A stretch of 64,000 bases of DNA from Candidatus Bathyarchaeota archaeon (GCA_963775685.1 CAVZJV010000014.1:416001-480000); one strand, 5' to 3'. Counted from the first letter of the stretch, positions 22,843 through 33,198 are shown. The notes: generated from the letters alone by a model not told the origin. Numbers and translations: made by a program.

Positions 22843-23025
22843 CAAAAACATGAGTTGCCCAAGTTTCATGTACAACCTTTCTTAAAATATTTAAAAATAG
22901 GTACAAAAACATGAGTTGCCCAAGTTTCATGTACAACCTTTCTTAAAATATTTAAAAATAGGTACAAAAACATGAGTTGCCCAAGTTTCATGTACAACCT
23001 TTCTTAAAATATTTAAAAATAGGTA
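22843..23025. repeat. perfect 61-bp tandem repeat x3
   Basis: caaaaacatgagttgcccaagtttcatgtacaacctttcttaaaatatttaaaaataggta at 22843, 22904 and 22965 with no spacers. Confidence 0.97.
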
Positions 23026-23059
23026 ACTGCCTTCCTTCTCTGTTTTTGGAATATTATAG

Positions 23060-25090
23060 TTATTGGGATTCTGCTGTCGGGCAGAGGACAAAAGCGGAGC
23101 GAGCTGGCAGATAGAGGCTGATCATATTTTGATTTGTTCCTTCATTGTTGTTTATAATAGTGAAGTGTGCCTGCAACGGGTCCAGCCGGCCGTGTCCCCC
23201 GTACTTTGGAGCATCACAGTCTAGTATCATCCGGTATTTTCCAGGGGGAGCTTCAAAGCGATAATCAGTAAAGGATTGATGGGGATTAAAATTGAAGACA
23301 AAAATCATGTCAGCCCTCTTGAATGCTAATACTTTCTTTGTGGAATCTTCATGCAATAGTTGCGGGATTGATGTTTCAAATAGTTGTTGTGTCTTGGCCA
23401 GTCTGATCATGTCGCGGTCGAATCTGGATAGTAAATGATATTTCAGGCGGGTATCGTCCGCGAGATGCCATTGTCTAATAGCATGCTTGAAGGACCAGTT
23501 GTTTCCTTCGCGAGGAAAATCTATCCAATCTGGATGCCCGAATTCATTGCCCATAAAGTTTAGGTAACCTTTGCTGGCGGTGCTTAGGGTTATCAGGCGG
23601 ATCATCTTGTGCAATGCTATTCCTCGAGCGACCTTTGCATTGTCATCATCTATATCCATGTGGTGGTACATGTCTTCGCCGATTAGTCGGAAAATAAGTG
23701 TTTGGTCTCCTACCAAAGCTTGGTCGTGAGATTCGGCGTAACTAATCGTATTCTCACCTTTCCTGTAGTTGTTAAGTTCAAACCAAAGCTGACTGATAGG
23801 CCAGTCTTCATCTTTGTAATCCTTTATCAGACGAATCCAGTAGTCAGGCACTCCCATTGCAAAGCGATAGTCAAAACCGAACCCTCCCTCTGATTGTGAA
23901 ACGGCTAATCCGGGCATGCCGCTGACATCTTCGGCTATAGTGATGGCATCGGGCCGAATATCATGAATCACTCGATTGGTCAGAGCCAAATAAGAAAGAG
24001 CATCTTCATCCACGCTGCCATCAAAATAATCGTAATATGAGGTGAATTCTCTCTTAAGACCGTGTCCCAGGTAAAGCATGCTTGTAACACCGTCGAATCG
24101 AAAACCGTCAAAGTGGAATTCGTCTAACCAGTATCGGCAATTGGAAAGTAGAAAATGCAGAACCTGAGGTTTGCCGTAATCAAAGACACGTGAATCCCAT
24201 GCCTTGTGGATTCCTCGCAGGCCTTCATGAAAATACTGAAATAAAGTCCCATCGAAGCGACTTAATCCCTCCACCTCGTTGGACACGGAGTGAGAGTGGA
24301 TTAGATCCATGAGAACGGTTAGCCCTTGAGCATGGGCTGTGTCGATCAAAAGTTTCAAATCTTCGGGAGTTCCGTATCGTGATGAAGAGGCAAAAAAGTT
24401 TGATACTTGATATCCAAATGATCCATAGTACGGATGCTCTTGAATCGCCATTAACTGTAACGTGTTGTAACCGGCATCGGCGATTCGCGGAAGTATCCTG
24501 AGCGTAAATTCGAAGAATGACCCGATTTTTTCTTCGTCTTGGGCCATACCGACATGGGCTTCATAGATTAATGGAGCTTCTTTAGGTCGTTTGAAATTGG
24601 TTTTCCAACGATAAGATTCGGTTGGCAACCAAACCTGGGCGTTGAATATCTGAGTTTTTGGATCTTGAACCACCCGTCGTGTGTAAGCCGGAATGCGATC
24701 GCCTTCGCCCCCTTCCCAATAATTACGCAGTCGATACAGGTCGCCATGCTTCAGTTTGTTGGCGGATAGGTGAATTTCCCAGATACCATAGTCGTTGATC
24801 TTTTCCAACTCAAATTCTCTGCTTACTTGCCATTTACTCATTTCTCCTATGAGGTAGATTCTAGTTGCGTTTGGAGCCCATTCACGAAATACCCATTCTC
24901 CTCGTTGGAAATGCAGACCGAAGTATTCATGGCCAGACGCAAACTCAGCCAGACTTTTTTTACCCTGTGTAAGATTATGCTCTGTTTCTTCGATATGCTC
25001 CAATCGGTGTCGAATCTGATCAGAAAACGGTGTAAGGTACGAATCGGTTCTCAGCAGGCGGATTAATCGGTTTTCAAGACAGCTCATCAA
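23060..25090 (-). CDS. glgB: 1,4-alpha-glucan branching enzyme, GH13 (GH13_8-like)
   Basis: FREWAPNA, IYEAHVGMA, YGSFGYQV, FDGFRFDGVTSM, AEDVSGMP, YAESHDQALVGD, NFMGNEFGHPDWIDFPR. Confidence 0.95.
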   Translation of the reverse strand: MMSCLENRLIRLLRTDSYLTPFSDQIRHRLEHIEETEHNLTQGKKSLAEFASGHEYFGLHFQRGEWVFREWAPNATRIYLIGEMSKWQVSREFELEKINDYGIWEIHLSANKLKHGDLYRLRNYWEGGEGDRIPAYTRRVVQDPKTQIFNAQVWLPTESYRWKTNFKRPKEAPLIYEAHVGMAQDEEKIGSFFEFTLRILPRIADAGYNTLQLMAIQEHPYYGSFGYQVSNFFASSSRYGTPEDLKLLIDTAHAQGLTVLMDLIHSHSVSNEVEGLSRFDGTLFQYFHEGLRGIHKAWDSRVFDYGKPQVLHFLLSNCRYWLDEFHFDGFRFDGVTSMLYLGHGLKREFTSYYDYFDGSVDEDALSYLALTNRVIHDIRPDAITIAEDVSGMPGLAVSQSEGGFGFDYRFAMGVPDYWIRLIKDYKDEDWPISQLWFELNNYRKGENTISYAESHDQALVGDQTLIFRLIGEDMYHHMDIDDDNAKVARGIALHKMIRLITLSTASKGYLNFMGNEFGHPDWIDFPREGNNWSFKHAIRQWHLADDTRLKYHLLSRFDRDMIRLAKTQQLFETSIPQLLHEDSTKKVLAFKRADMIFVFNFNPHQSFTDYRFEAPPGKYRMILDCDAPKYGGHGRLDPLQAHFTIINNNEGTNQNMISLYLPARSAFVLCPTAESQ

Positions 25091-25641
25091 AATACCTTAT
25101 TTCTGCTTTAACTTATAACTGATCTAATTCTTTAAATCGTTCGGAATCTATTAAACCTCGTTTACTAAATTTGGTTCCGTCTATCTTAATTGTTTTGGAA
25201 CAATTTTCTCCTTGAATTCGAACCTGAGCATTCAGGACCTCTACTGGGCTCAGTCCCCAACAGGTATGGCTCTTATTAACTAAAGCTATTTGATAAAAAC
25301 AAATATAGCAATTTAGTCAATTAGTCACAATTATTAAATGTGTAATGGGAGTTTTTCTCGAATTTACAGCAAAATAACTAGGAAAATGGGCTTTACCGGA
25401 CTTAACCCCAAACCAGACTTGCAAAAACTCAAATTAGGTTTTGAAAATTGCGACTTATATGTTAAAATCTATCTTAAAACTCTATTATATCACATTAAAA
25501 AGCAAATTTAGAATAAATCATTCGAAAATGATTTTACCAAAGTCATTTTGGCACAAGAATAAGTGGCTTGAGCTTATCCCAACCGAAAGAAAAAAAGAAT
25601 TTAACTCATTGTTTTCCGTTAGTCGTCGAAAAGATGGGGGT

Positions 25642-26067
25642 TTACCCGAAGTTTATGTTTTTTTTGGGCCCCATCATGTTAGCTCTGCTCCAATGGTGAG
25701 CCTGGCATTCTGCTACCTTCATGATGAGAAAACCGGGGCTTTCAGCAGTTATTCCCATTTGTTTGAGGAAGGGCCGCGCTTCTATCACTTTGCGCTTCAT
25801 TTCCATATCTTGCACAAACTCCACCTTGCCCGTAACCCGCACCATGTCTCCGATTTTGCTTTTGGGGTCGAGGAAGCAGACTTCCACTTTAGGGTTGATT
25901 TTAAGCTGCTTGTAGACATCTTTGCTGGCGTCGATGCTGTAGTAGAGGCCTGTTTTGTCGGCGGAGAAAAGCTGCAACGCACGCACTTTCGGCTGGTCGC
26001 CGTCTAAGGTGGAAAAGAAGCTGATTGGGTTGTCGGTTACAAATTTAAGAATTTCGTTCAATTCCAT
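25642..26067 (-). CDS. pyridoxamine 5'-phosphate oxidase-like FMN-binding protein
   Basis: MELNEILKF...FSTLDGDQPKVR...KDVYKQLKINPKVEVCF...VRVTGKVEF. Confidence 0.8.
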   Translation of the reverse strand: MELNEILKFVTDNPISFFSTLDGDQPKVRALQLFSADKTGLYYSIDASKDVYKQLKINPKVEVCFLDPKSKIGDMVRVTGKVEFVQDMEMKRKVIEARPFLKQMGITAESPGFLIMKVAECQAHHWSRANMMGPKKNINFG

Positions 26068-26268
26068 AATAGTCGCCAATGCAGTAGTAGTAACGGTGAT
26101 TATAGGCTTTTCCTCAGCAGACGAGATTACAGTCTGGCAGTTTAGGAAACGCTGCCGAACTTCACTCCGGTGCGGTTGGGTAGAATTTGAAATAAACTGA
26201 ATGGGTTTTAGGGTTATTCCAGAAGTTTGAATAGTTCCTATTGAATAAACGGCTTTAGGGATATTTAC

Positions 26269-26575
26269 CATGAAGGTTAAGTATATCAATTCTGATGAGC
26301 TCCATAAACATAGAGGATTCACCCAAGTCATAAGCGTCAGCTGACCGCACAAAACAATCTACGTTGGCAGGCACGACCCCGTAAGCGAGACGGCGAAACC
26401 GTTGGAAAGAGCAACTTAAAACAGCAAACCAGCAGGTTTAACGAACATAAAAAAAAAGCCCTTTAAGATGCTGGCGCAAAGCTTGAAAACGTGGTTAAAT
26501 GGAACGTTTACATTATTAAAGGACAGAATCTGCGGGAACGCTTTTCTGCTTTTGCTGAGAAATGGGGATTATGCC
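26269..26575 (+). pseudogene. RidA/YjgF family relic
   Basis: MKVKYINSDELHKHRGFTQVISVS*PHKTIYVG...GETVGKSNLKQQT...ALxDAGAKLENVVKWNVYII with stop and frameshifts. Confidence 0.6.
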
Positions 26576-26803
26576 TATTCTTCAGAAGCGATATGTAGAA
26601 TTACGCCGTCGATGCGTTCATTTTTTTTCTGGCAAGATTGGGGCACCCGGTAGGTGAACTGCTTTTTACTGATTTCTGCACTGCAGGATCCAGCGTGGGC
26701 TCTGCAATAATCTTCGCAATCCTCCGCTATGTTTTTTTCTGAGTATCCAAAACCGCAAATATCACATAGAAAAACCGTTTTGTTTCTGATCTTTTTTGTA
26801 ACC
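26575..26803 (-). CDS. small Cys-rich (Zn-finger-like) protein
   Basis: FLCDICGFGY...AEDCEDYCRAHAGSCSAEI. Confidence 0.55.
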
Positions 26804-26972
26804 AACAGAAACGCTTCCGGAAGAATTACTAATTTTCTGGCATTTAAGAACAAATTCAACAAGTTAGCTGAAAAATTCGATCTAACTATTTAGAAGAGCA
26901 GGAGGTAAGTCTTGAACATTCTAATAAAGTATTACATCATACTCTTTTTTGCCACTATATCAAAGAGAAGAG

Positions 26973-27046
26973 TGGGCCGTACCGGATTTGAACCGGTGAT
27001 CTTCGCCGCGTGAGGGCGACGTCCTAGCCAGCTAGACTAACGGCCC
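26973..27046 (-). tRNA. tRNA-Val(CAC)
   Basis: reverse complement GGGCCGT...TCGCC-CT-CAC-GC-GGCGA...GGTTCAAATCC...ACGGCCCA folds as a cloverleaf. Confidence 0.95.
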
Positions 27047-27131
27047 GCTGTTTCGGATTGTGAATACATAGGTTTCTTTCATAAAACCTTTACCTATCAA
27101 ATGCACATCAACAAGTCAAGGTAACCTCAAA

Positions 27132-27254
27132 ATGAATGAAACCAGCCGCTATGAAGAACACAAACACGACGGTTTTCTAATTTTCGCCTGTTTCTTAGGC
27201 AGCGCACTAGCCGGCTACATATTAATGAACCACTATGCTTTGTTTGGAATCTAA
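27132..27254 (+). CDS. small membrane protein (40 aa)
   Basis: MNETSRYEEHKHDGFLIFACFLGSALAGYILMNHYALFGI, one TM helix, between the two tRNAs. Confidence 0.4.
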   Translation: MNETSRYEEHKHDGFLIFACFLGSALAGYILMNHYALFGI

Positions 27255-27321
27255 GCAAAAAAAACATCAGAAACCTTTAAAATACCTATCTTCACTTTTG
27301 ATTTGATATCCCAGGTTATTT

Positions 27322-27398
27322 GCCGAGGTAGCTCAGCCTGGGAGAGCGCTCGGCTGAAGACCGAGTCGTCGCAGGTTCAAACCCTGCCCTCGGCACCA
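27322..27398 (+). tRNA. tRNA-Phe(GAA)
   Basis: GCCGAGG...CTCGG-CT-GAA-GA-CCGAG...GGTTCAAACCC...CCTCGGCACCA with encoded CCA. Confidence 0.97.
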
Positions 27399-27619
27399 CT
27401 AACTAACACGGAATTAAGCTCATTTTGAGCAAGTTTTAGTCAAATGGGTTGCGTAAATGTTGCTTTTTCTTTGCTTCTTTTCTAATGCATTAGACAAAGA
27501 TATTGCAGATTAGATTTGACCCATTACAGGTATAAAACGCAAGACAAGCAAATAAAAAATCGTTAAAGCGAAAGCTAAAAAAATGTTTTTAGACATAAAA
27601 CCTTGAAGGCTGTAACTAT

Positions 27620-28213
27620 ATGAGAAAAATAATCGTTTTATCAATGATTACATTAGATGGAGTAATGCAAGCACCCGGTGGACCTGAAGAAGATACATCG
27701 GGCGATTTCAAATATGGCGGTTGGGTTGCACCTTATTTTGACGAGGTTTATGGTAAGGTCATGGAAAAACAGATGAAACCTGCAGACCTTCTTTTGGGCA
27801 GAAAAACATTTGAGATTTTTGCCAACTACTGGCCAAAGCATGAAAATGTATGGCCAGGTATCAATGATGTCACAAAATATGTCATGTCCAAAACCATGGA
27901 AAAGTCAGATTGGAAAAACTCAGTTTTCCTCAAAAGCTTGGCAGATATCGAAAAGCTCAAAAATTCAGAAGGTTCCGACATTCAAGTTCACGGCAGTGGT
28001 AAGCTCATTCAGCTATTACTGGGGAATGATTTAGTGGACGAGCTCTGGCTTAAAATTTACCCATTGACTCTTGGTCAAGGAAAAAAATTGTTTGACAATG
28101 GCACGATTCCGGCAGCATTTACATTAATAGAGAGTTCTGTTACACCAAGTGGAGTGATTATCGCCAATTACAAACGAGATGGAAAAGTCAAGACAGGTAC
28201 TCTTGGAGCTTAA
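27620..28213 (+). CDS. dihydrofolate reductase-like / RibD C-terminal domain protein
   Basis: ITLDGVMQAPGGP, LLLGRKTF, HGSGKL, LVDELWLKIYP..LGQGKKLF. Confidence 0.88.
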   Translation: MRKIIVLSMITLDGVMQAPGGPEEDTSGDFKYGGWVAPYFDEVYGKVMEKQMKPADLLLGRKTFEIFANYWPKHENVWPGINDVTKYVMSKTMEKSDWKNSVFLKSLADIEKLKNSEGSDIQVHGSGKLIQLLLGNDLVDELWLKIYPLTLGQGKKLFDNGTIPAAFTLIESSVTPSGVIIANYKRDGKVKTGTLGA

Positions 28214-28373
28214 GACGGCTAACCTGTTAATAATTCCCTGGATAAGCGGAATCTTACAAGATGCGTTAGTCCATAATTATTGGTATCATTGATAGCAGAT
28301 GTTTGCAATGTCATTGACCTAACCAATCGATTATTCAGTGAACAAAGAAATAGCTTTTTGAACTATTGCTTAT

Positions 28374-29267
28374 CTAAACGATGGCTTTTTTTCCTCCTCG
28401 AGTAGTGAGCCTCCAAACAAAAAATGCTTCAACACATAAAACCATGCTTGCAACAAGGACAAAAACCGGATTTAATGGAAAAACATACCCCGAGATCCCG
28501 TTAACTGAAAGAGCAGCAGAAAAAATTAATAAGAAACCACCCACTGCAAGTAAAGTATAATAGACCTTTCTTTTTTTGTTCTTCTTAAACCAGCCTCCAA
28601 TAAAAAACAGCACAATAGCGGATAAAAAGCTAAGAGGAGGAATAATTTGCGTTGAAAATAAGAGGTTTTTTCCAGCCATAGCAAAAGTGGGGTTTATCAA
28701 AGCATAAAGAGCAAACAGCGAAAAAGATGCCAATGCAAGCCACCTGTCCAGCAGTTGCCCGTTCGCTGCAGGCCCATAGGTCCTACGCCAAGGAACAGCA
28801 CGCGTTTCCTTCAAATCAGGGTCAGAAAGCTTTGTAGCCTCAGCAGAATCTTCATTGATAAAACAAACCCTATCAGAAGGTTGCAGATCCATTAATTCCA
28901 ATTTGCATCCACCATCCTTCGACCTTGCCGACAACGAAAAACGTCCTCGCTTCACCAATCTAGAAAAAGGAAAAAGCCATTCAACACCCCTGTCTTTTTC
29001 AGTTGTGAAAGAATCTAGGAAACTGTGCAAGAACGCTCCTAATGCGAGCCAAATATTCACAAAGAACAGGCCAGATAAAAAAAGGAGATTATGGAATAGG
29101 GCACGATGAAATTGTTCTTTTCGAAAAGTTTGTCGGCTAACAAATATATATTCACGGTCGAGGTCAGGAATAAAGCTGCCGATTCCAGCCAAAAGGGCAA
29201 AGTAAGGGTTACCAGTAAAGATAGCTGTAACTACTCCAGCAAGAAAGATGTGACTCGCAAGATTCAA
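28374..29267 (-). CDS. membrane-bound metal-dependent hydrolase (YdjM-like)
   Basis: SH..., PDLD, HRALFHN, HSFLDSFT, GVEWLFPF. Confidence 0.8.
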   Translation of the reverse strand: MNLASHIFLAGVVTAIFTGNPYFALLAGIGSFIPDLDREYIFVSRQTFRKEQFHRALFHNLLFLSGLFFVNIWLALGAFLHSFLDSFTTEKDRGVEWLFPFSRLVKRGRFSLSARSKDGGCKLELMDLQPSDRVCFINEDSAEATKLSDPDLKETRAVPWRRTYGPAANGQLLDRWLALASFSLFALYALINPTFAMAGKNLLFSTQIIPPLSFLSAIVLFFIGGWFKKNKKRKVYYTLLAVGGFLLIFSAALSVNGISGYVFPLNPVFVLVASMVLCVEAFFVWRLTTRGGKKAIV

Positions 29268-29355
29268 AAAACAGACCGGTTAAAAAGTAATAACTGCTAA
29301 AATAAAAAGGTTAACAAACTTTCAAATGGAATTATGCGATGCTCTTCTTAAGAGC

Positions 29356-29847
29356 TTATCTTCTGGTTGAATTTGGGTCTTTCAAAAAATTTTGGAGAAA
29401 TTCTTGAATGTTTTCATGTAACTTGAGAATAGGTTTTTGCATTTCTCCTTTGGTTTTAAGGTTTGGTTGGAAAAATCCATGTTCTGTCAAGTAAAACATC
29501 ACACTTGAGAAATTTTCAGCCAGCGCACAATTAACCCTCTTTTTGCCCATTTCTAAATATGCATAATATCTATGGTGACCATCCAAAACTGCGTAAACAT
29601 CGAATCTTGGATGTTTAATCACGATTAAAGGCGCAATTTTTTCGCCCTTCTTGATTTTCTGTTTGTAGAACTCAATGGCTTCTGAAGAAACTTTTGTGTC
29701 GGCAATAATTTTGTCTATAGACAACCGTATCAAGTATTTTTCAGGATTAGAAAATACGTCTACATTAAATTCCCGTTCGTTTCGCATAATCAAACGCCTA
29801 ACTTTCAAAATTGATGGATCCAAAATGTCTCTAATTTGACTTAACAA
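29356..29847 (-). CDS. ParB/sulfiredoxin-like N-terminal domain protein
   Basis: PLIVIK...AVLDGHHRY motif. Confidence 0.75.
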   Translation of the reverse strand: MLSQIRDILDPSILKVRRLIMRNEREFNVDVFSNPEKYLIRLSIDKIIADTKVSSEAIEFYKQKIKKGEKIAPLIVIKHPRFDVYAVLDGHHRYYAYLEMGKKRVNCALAENFSSVMFYLTEHGFFQPNLKTKGEMQKPILKLHENIQEFLQNFLKDPNSTRR

Positions 29848-29925
29848 TAAATAACAACACCTTCCGGGAGGATAGAAAAGGAAAAGGAGATTATTGTCGC
29901 TATGCCATCGATTCTATTGAAACTG

Positions 29926-30153
29926 TTATTGATTGTGGACATTTATTGTTCCTTTGGGTTTTGACGATTGGTAAGAATACCATCCATATGCTAACATGAA
30001 AAGTGCTGCAATTATAATAATTATCCCTATTGGAATATCGTAGCTTGTCGGAATGAACATAATTAGGCCTGAAATCACTCCAACCCCGACAAATGATACC
30101 ACAACAGCTAATATACCGAGCAATATGCCACCAATGAAACTGCCAAAGCCCAT
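29926..30153 (-). CDS. small membrane protein
   Basis: 75 aa, two TM helices. Confidence 0.65.
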   Translation of the reverse strand: MGFGSFIGGILLGILAVVVSFVGVGVISGLIMFIPTSYDIPIGIIIIIAALFMLAYGWYSYQSSKPKGTINVHNQ

Positions 30154-30253
30154 ATTTTTCCACTTTAAGTCTAAATTCCAGTTTTAATTGTTTAACAAAA
30201 CACTAACAAAAAATAGTCTAAATAAAAAAAGAAATTATTGATGCGAACACTTT

Positions 30254-30565
30254 CTAAGCTTTCTTAGATAGCGCAACTATCAGTCCCAATATTCCGCCGA
30301 GAAGCACTAATAATCCGCCCAATCCACCGCCGATAAGTCCAACAATAATCAAAACAATAGCCCAAACAAGAGTCCCTGCGCTTCTAGCACCAACGATCGC
30401 AATCACTCCCATAATTAAGGTCATGATTCCACCATAAGCAAAGCCCCAGTGAAGATAATAAGCTCCAAAAGACCCAAAAAAACCTAATAATCCAAAAAGA
30501 ACCATCAGAATACCGCCTATAAGAGCTAAATAGTAAGCTACCGTTGAAACAGAAGTTCCAGACAT
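30254..30565 (-). CDS. small Gly-rich membrane protein
   Basis: 103 aa, GGAGGTGA SD, hydrophobic helices. Confidence 0.7.
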   Translation of the reverse strand: MSGTSVSTVAYYLALIGGILMVLFGLLGFFGSFGAYYLHWGFAYGGIMTLIMGVIAIVGARSAGTLVWAIVLIIVGLIGGGLGGLLVLLGGILGLIVALSKKA

Positions 30566-30598
30566 TATTAATTCACCTCCGCATGAAAACGCATTTTT

Positions 30599-31003
30599 TC
30601 ACCAAAAGCCGCCTTTTGAGATGACTGAAGCTGTGGCATCCAATAACCCGACACCTATTGTTCCGAAAGTAAAATTGTAGTTTCCGCTTGGAAGCGAAAT
30701 CCAGCCGCTGATGTAGCTTTGTTGCTCGCCTTGCACCGCTGCATGTTCCCAAATGATTTGGTCACCGTTTAAGATTTGAGCCCGCCACAGAGCAGCGCCG
30801 GTCTGTACGGTTACTTGAATCTGAGCCTTGTCGTCTAAGAATGGTTGATCAAATGCTATTGTCTTCTTGTCGGCACCAACTGTAAAGGAGACTTGCGTAT
30901 TCGCAGTTGATCTGGGATAGGTTACTCCGGTATATATGGCGAAGGCTGCAACCACTATTATTACAATTGCGATTATAGCTATTATTGCTCTTGATTTTCC
31001 CAC
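30599..31003 (-). CDS. membrane-anchored hypothetical protein
   Basis: N-terminal TM helix followed by a beta-rich domain. Confidence 0.7.
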   Translation of the reverse strand: MGKSRAIIAIIAIVIIVVAAFAIYTGVTYPRSTANTQVSFTVGADKKTIAFDQPFLDDKAQIQVTVQTGAALWRAQILNGDQIIWEHAAVQGEQQSYISGWISLPSGNYNFTFGTIGVGLLDATASVISKGGFW

Positions 31004-31151
31004 TTACAAAGTCTCCATCCTATGTTTTCATCGACAAGCGCTTCTCGTTACATTGACAATAAATTAGCCCTCATATAACGGATTGTTACTGTCGCACACC
31101 AATCACATACCCTAATGAATTCAAAGTCCTTCCTCTTTTCTGGTGATTTAA

Positions 31152-31313
31152 ATGCCTGTTCCTAAACCTAAATCGAATGAGTCTGAAAGAGACTATATTT
31201 CTAGGTGCGAAAAGTTCATGCACGAGGAAAACAGCGGCAAACCTGAGGGCGAAAAACGTTCGAATGAACAAATTTCAGCAATTTGTTATTCGACTTGGCG
31301 CAAAGATACTTAG
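31152..31313 (+). CDS. small phage-like protein (53 aa)
   Basis: GGTGAT SD; MPVPKPKSNESERDYISRCEKFMHEENSGKPEGEKRSNEQISAICYSTWRKDT; below the ORF-track length cut-off. Confidence 0.65.
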   Translation: MPVPKPKSNESERDYISRCEKFMHEENSGKPEGEKRSNEQISAICYSTWRKDT

Positions 31314-31852
31314 ATGCAAATCACTGTGTGGGAACATATTTGTATGATCAATAAAACTAAAATGATTTTTGAACCTGGAAAGCAGGAAATTCTTATCGTC
31401 AGAGAACTTGAGGCTCCCCGAGAACTTGTTTTCGAGACATTTACCGATCCAAAGCTTTATTCGCAATGGCTAGGTCCCAGACGATTTACAACGATTTTTG
31501 AAAAGCTCGAACCAAGAAATGGTGGAAGTTACCGATTTATCAATGAAGATGAAAAAGGCAACAAATTCGCTTTTCATGGTGTATATCATGAAGTGCTTGA
31601 GCCTGAACGAATTATCGGTACATTTGAATTTGAGGGTTTACCAGAAAAAGGACATGTGAGCTTAGAGATAACAAAGTTTGAGGAGCTTCCCGGTGGAAGA
31701 ACTAAGTTGACTACTCAGGATGTTTTCATGTCGGTTAACGATCGGGATGGAATGGTGCAAAGTGGCAAAGTGGCATAGAGGAGGGCGTAAATGATTCTTA
31801 TGATAGACTTGAAGAACTCTTGGCAGAGCTGAAGCAAAAACCGTTGGAGTAG
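31314..31852 (+). pseudogene. SRPBCC/Aha1-like protein, C-terminus shifted by an 8-nt tandem duplication
   Basis: paralog of 59334-59834; caaagtgg duplicated at ~31758-31773 displaces [15 protein letters not shown]. Confidence 0.8.
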
Positions 31853-31939
31853 AACAATTAAGCAACGCAATAAAAAATTGAATGTGATTTTATTAATCGC
31901 AAAAATTGCAAAAAGATTGTGATTAAGGTAGCTTAAATA

Positions 31940-32377
31940 TTGGCGCTTGCTAGAGTATTTGTAGATTTTGCGTTGGTTTTTGAGTTAACAGTTCCAAATG
32001 TACTTTTTACGATAATAGGTTTGATAATTCTCTGGATAGTCGTATCCATACCTGTTTGGTTAGCAGGTAAAGCCATAACAGGTGGAAAAGCAACTTTCGG
32101 CGACGCCCTACTGGCCACTCTGGCAGGACCAATAATCTATTTTATCGTAACTTTTATAGTGGACTTTTTCTTGAGTGCAGTAATTGGAACCAGTGCATTT
32201 GTTTTTGGCTATATTCTTGCACTTATAGCTTGGATGTGGGTTTACAAAGCTAGTTTCCAAACCGGTTGGATTCGGGCCATATTAATTGCGATACTGGCAT
32301 GGGTTATCTTCATTGTGCTAAGCCTTATTGTTGGAGCATTATTTGGAGTGAGTTATCCTTCTCCATTCTTTCCTTAA
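31940..32377 (+). CDS. membrane protein
   Basis: 145 aa, four TM helices. Confidence 0.7.
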   Translation: MALARVFVDFALVFELTVPNVLFTIIGLIILWIVVSIPVWLAGKAITGGKATFGDALLATLAGPIIYFIVTFIVDFFLSAVIGTSAFVFGYILALIAWMWVYKASFQTGWIRAILIAILAWVIFIVLSLIVGALFGVSYPSPFFP

Positions 32378-32591
32378 AATTTCCAATAATTTTTTCCTTT
32401 AAATTGCTATAAAGAAACATTCTTTAAAAAAAAGATTGGCTATTTAATCATGACACAGTTCTCTGAACCACCGCCGGACCTATCCAGACATCCTACAAGA
32501 AATACGTATCAATCATCCAAGAATCACAGAAAAAAGAAGCTTAAACATAAACTGTAACCCATAAAGATTCAACAGTCTTACTCGTAGGCTG

Positions 32592-32864
32592 TTAAACCAA
32601 ACATTCAGAAACATGCTCAACATAGACAGGCGCATTAACCAGCTTGCCCGTGAACGATTGCAGCTCTTCAGAAGTGTAAATGTTGAGGTTGCGACTCATC
32701 CCAGCCGTCATAGCTACCCCCCGAATCTTTAGAGGCTTATCAGCCATCATTTCAAGAACACTAAAAGGCAAAACCGTTGACAAATGCTCCAATGCACGTT
32801 TGCAGCCTTCGCATTTGGCTTTGGCGCCATCTTGCTTGGGTATTTCATTCTCTGGCATGAAAAT
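32592..32864 (-). pseudogene. fragment resembling a viral prohead protease (HK97-type head module) N-terminus
   Basis: KPLKIRGVAMTAGMSRNLNIYTSEELQSFTGKLVNAPVYVEH, then truncated. Confidence 0.5.
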
Positions 32865-32955
32865 CAAAGAATACGTTGGCAAGGGAACGCTGAAATAGAT
32901 TATTAGCCTACTTGCGATAATAACGCTTTAATTCCAAGCCAAGGAAAATAGCTTA

Positions 32956-33198
32956 ATGAACCTTACAGAGCGAGAACGCACCATTCTTCAACTTACAAAG
33001 CAAGGATTGAGCGATTACAAGATAGCACGCAAAATCAAAACAGACCCCCCAAGCGTAACACGCTCACACAAAAATGCCAACAGGAAACTCATACTTGCAT
33101 TGACTGACCTTGAATGGGCAACAAAAATAGGCGTAAGCATCTCGGAAACTGAGTTAACTATTAACAGCCTGAGTAACATTTACAGTTTTTTCCTCTAA
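32956..33198 (+). CDS. HTH DNA-binding protein (LuxR/Tfx-like)
   Basis: LTERERTILQLTKQGLSDYKIARKI...SVTRSHKNA. Confidence 0.75.
   Translation: MNLTERERTILQLTKQGLSDYKIARKIKTDPPSVTRSHKNANRKLILALTDLEWATKIGVSISETELTINSLSNIYSFFL

Noticed and set aside
22843-23025. CRISPR array
   Set aside because: Identical 61-bp units are contiguous with no unique spacers, and there are no cas genes in the window.
25414-25545. Additional degenerate MITE
   Set aside because: The left end (cagacttgcaaaaact) resembles the IS1182 TIR, but the right end is too degenerate to call.
25441-26007. 188-aa plus-strand ORF
   Set aside because: Antisense to the PNPOx-like gene and extends into AT-rich spacer.
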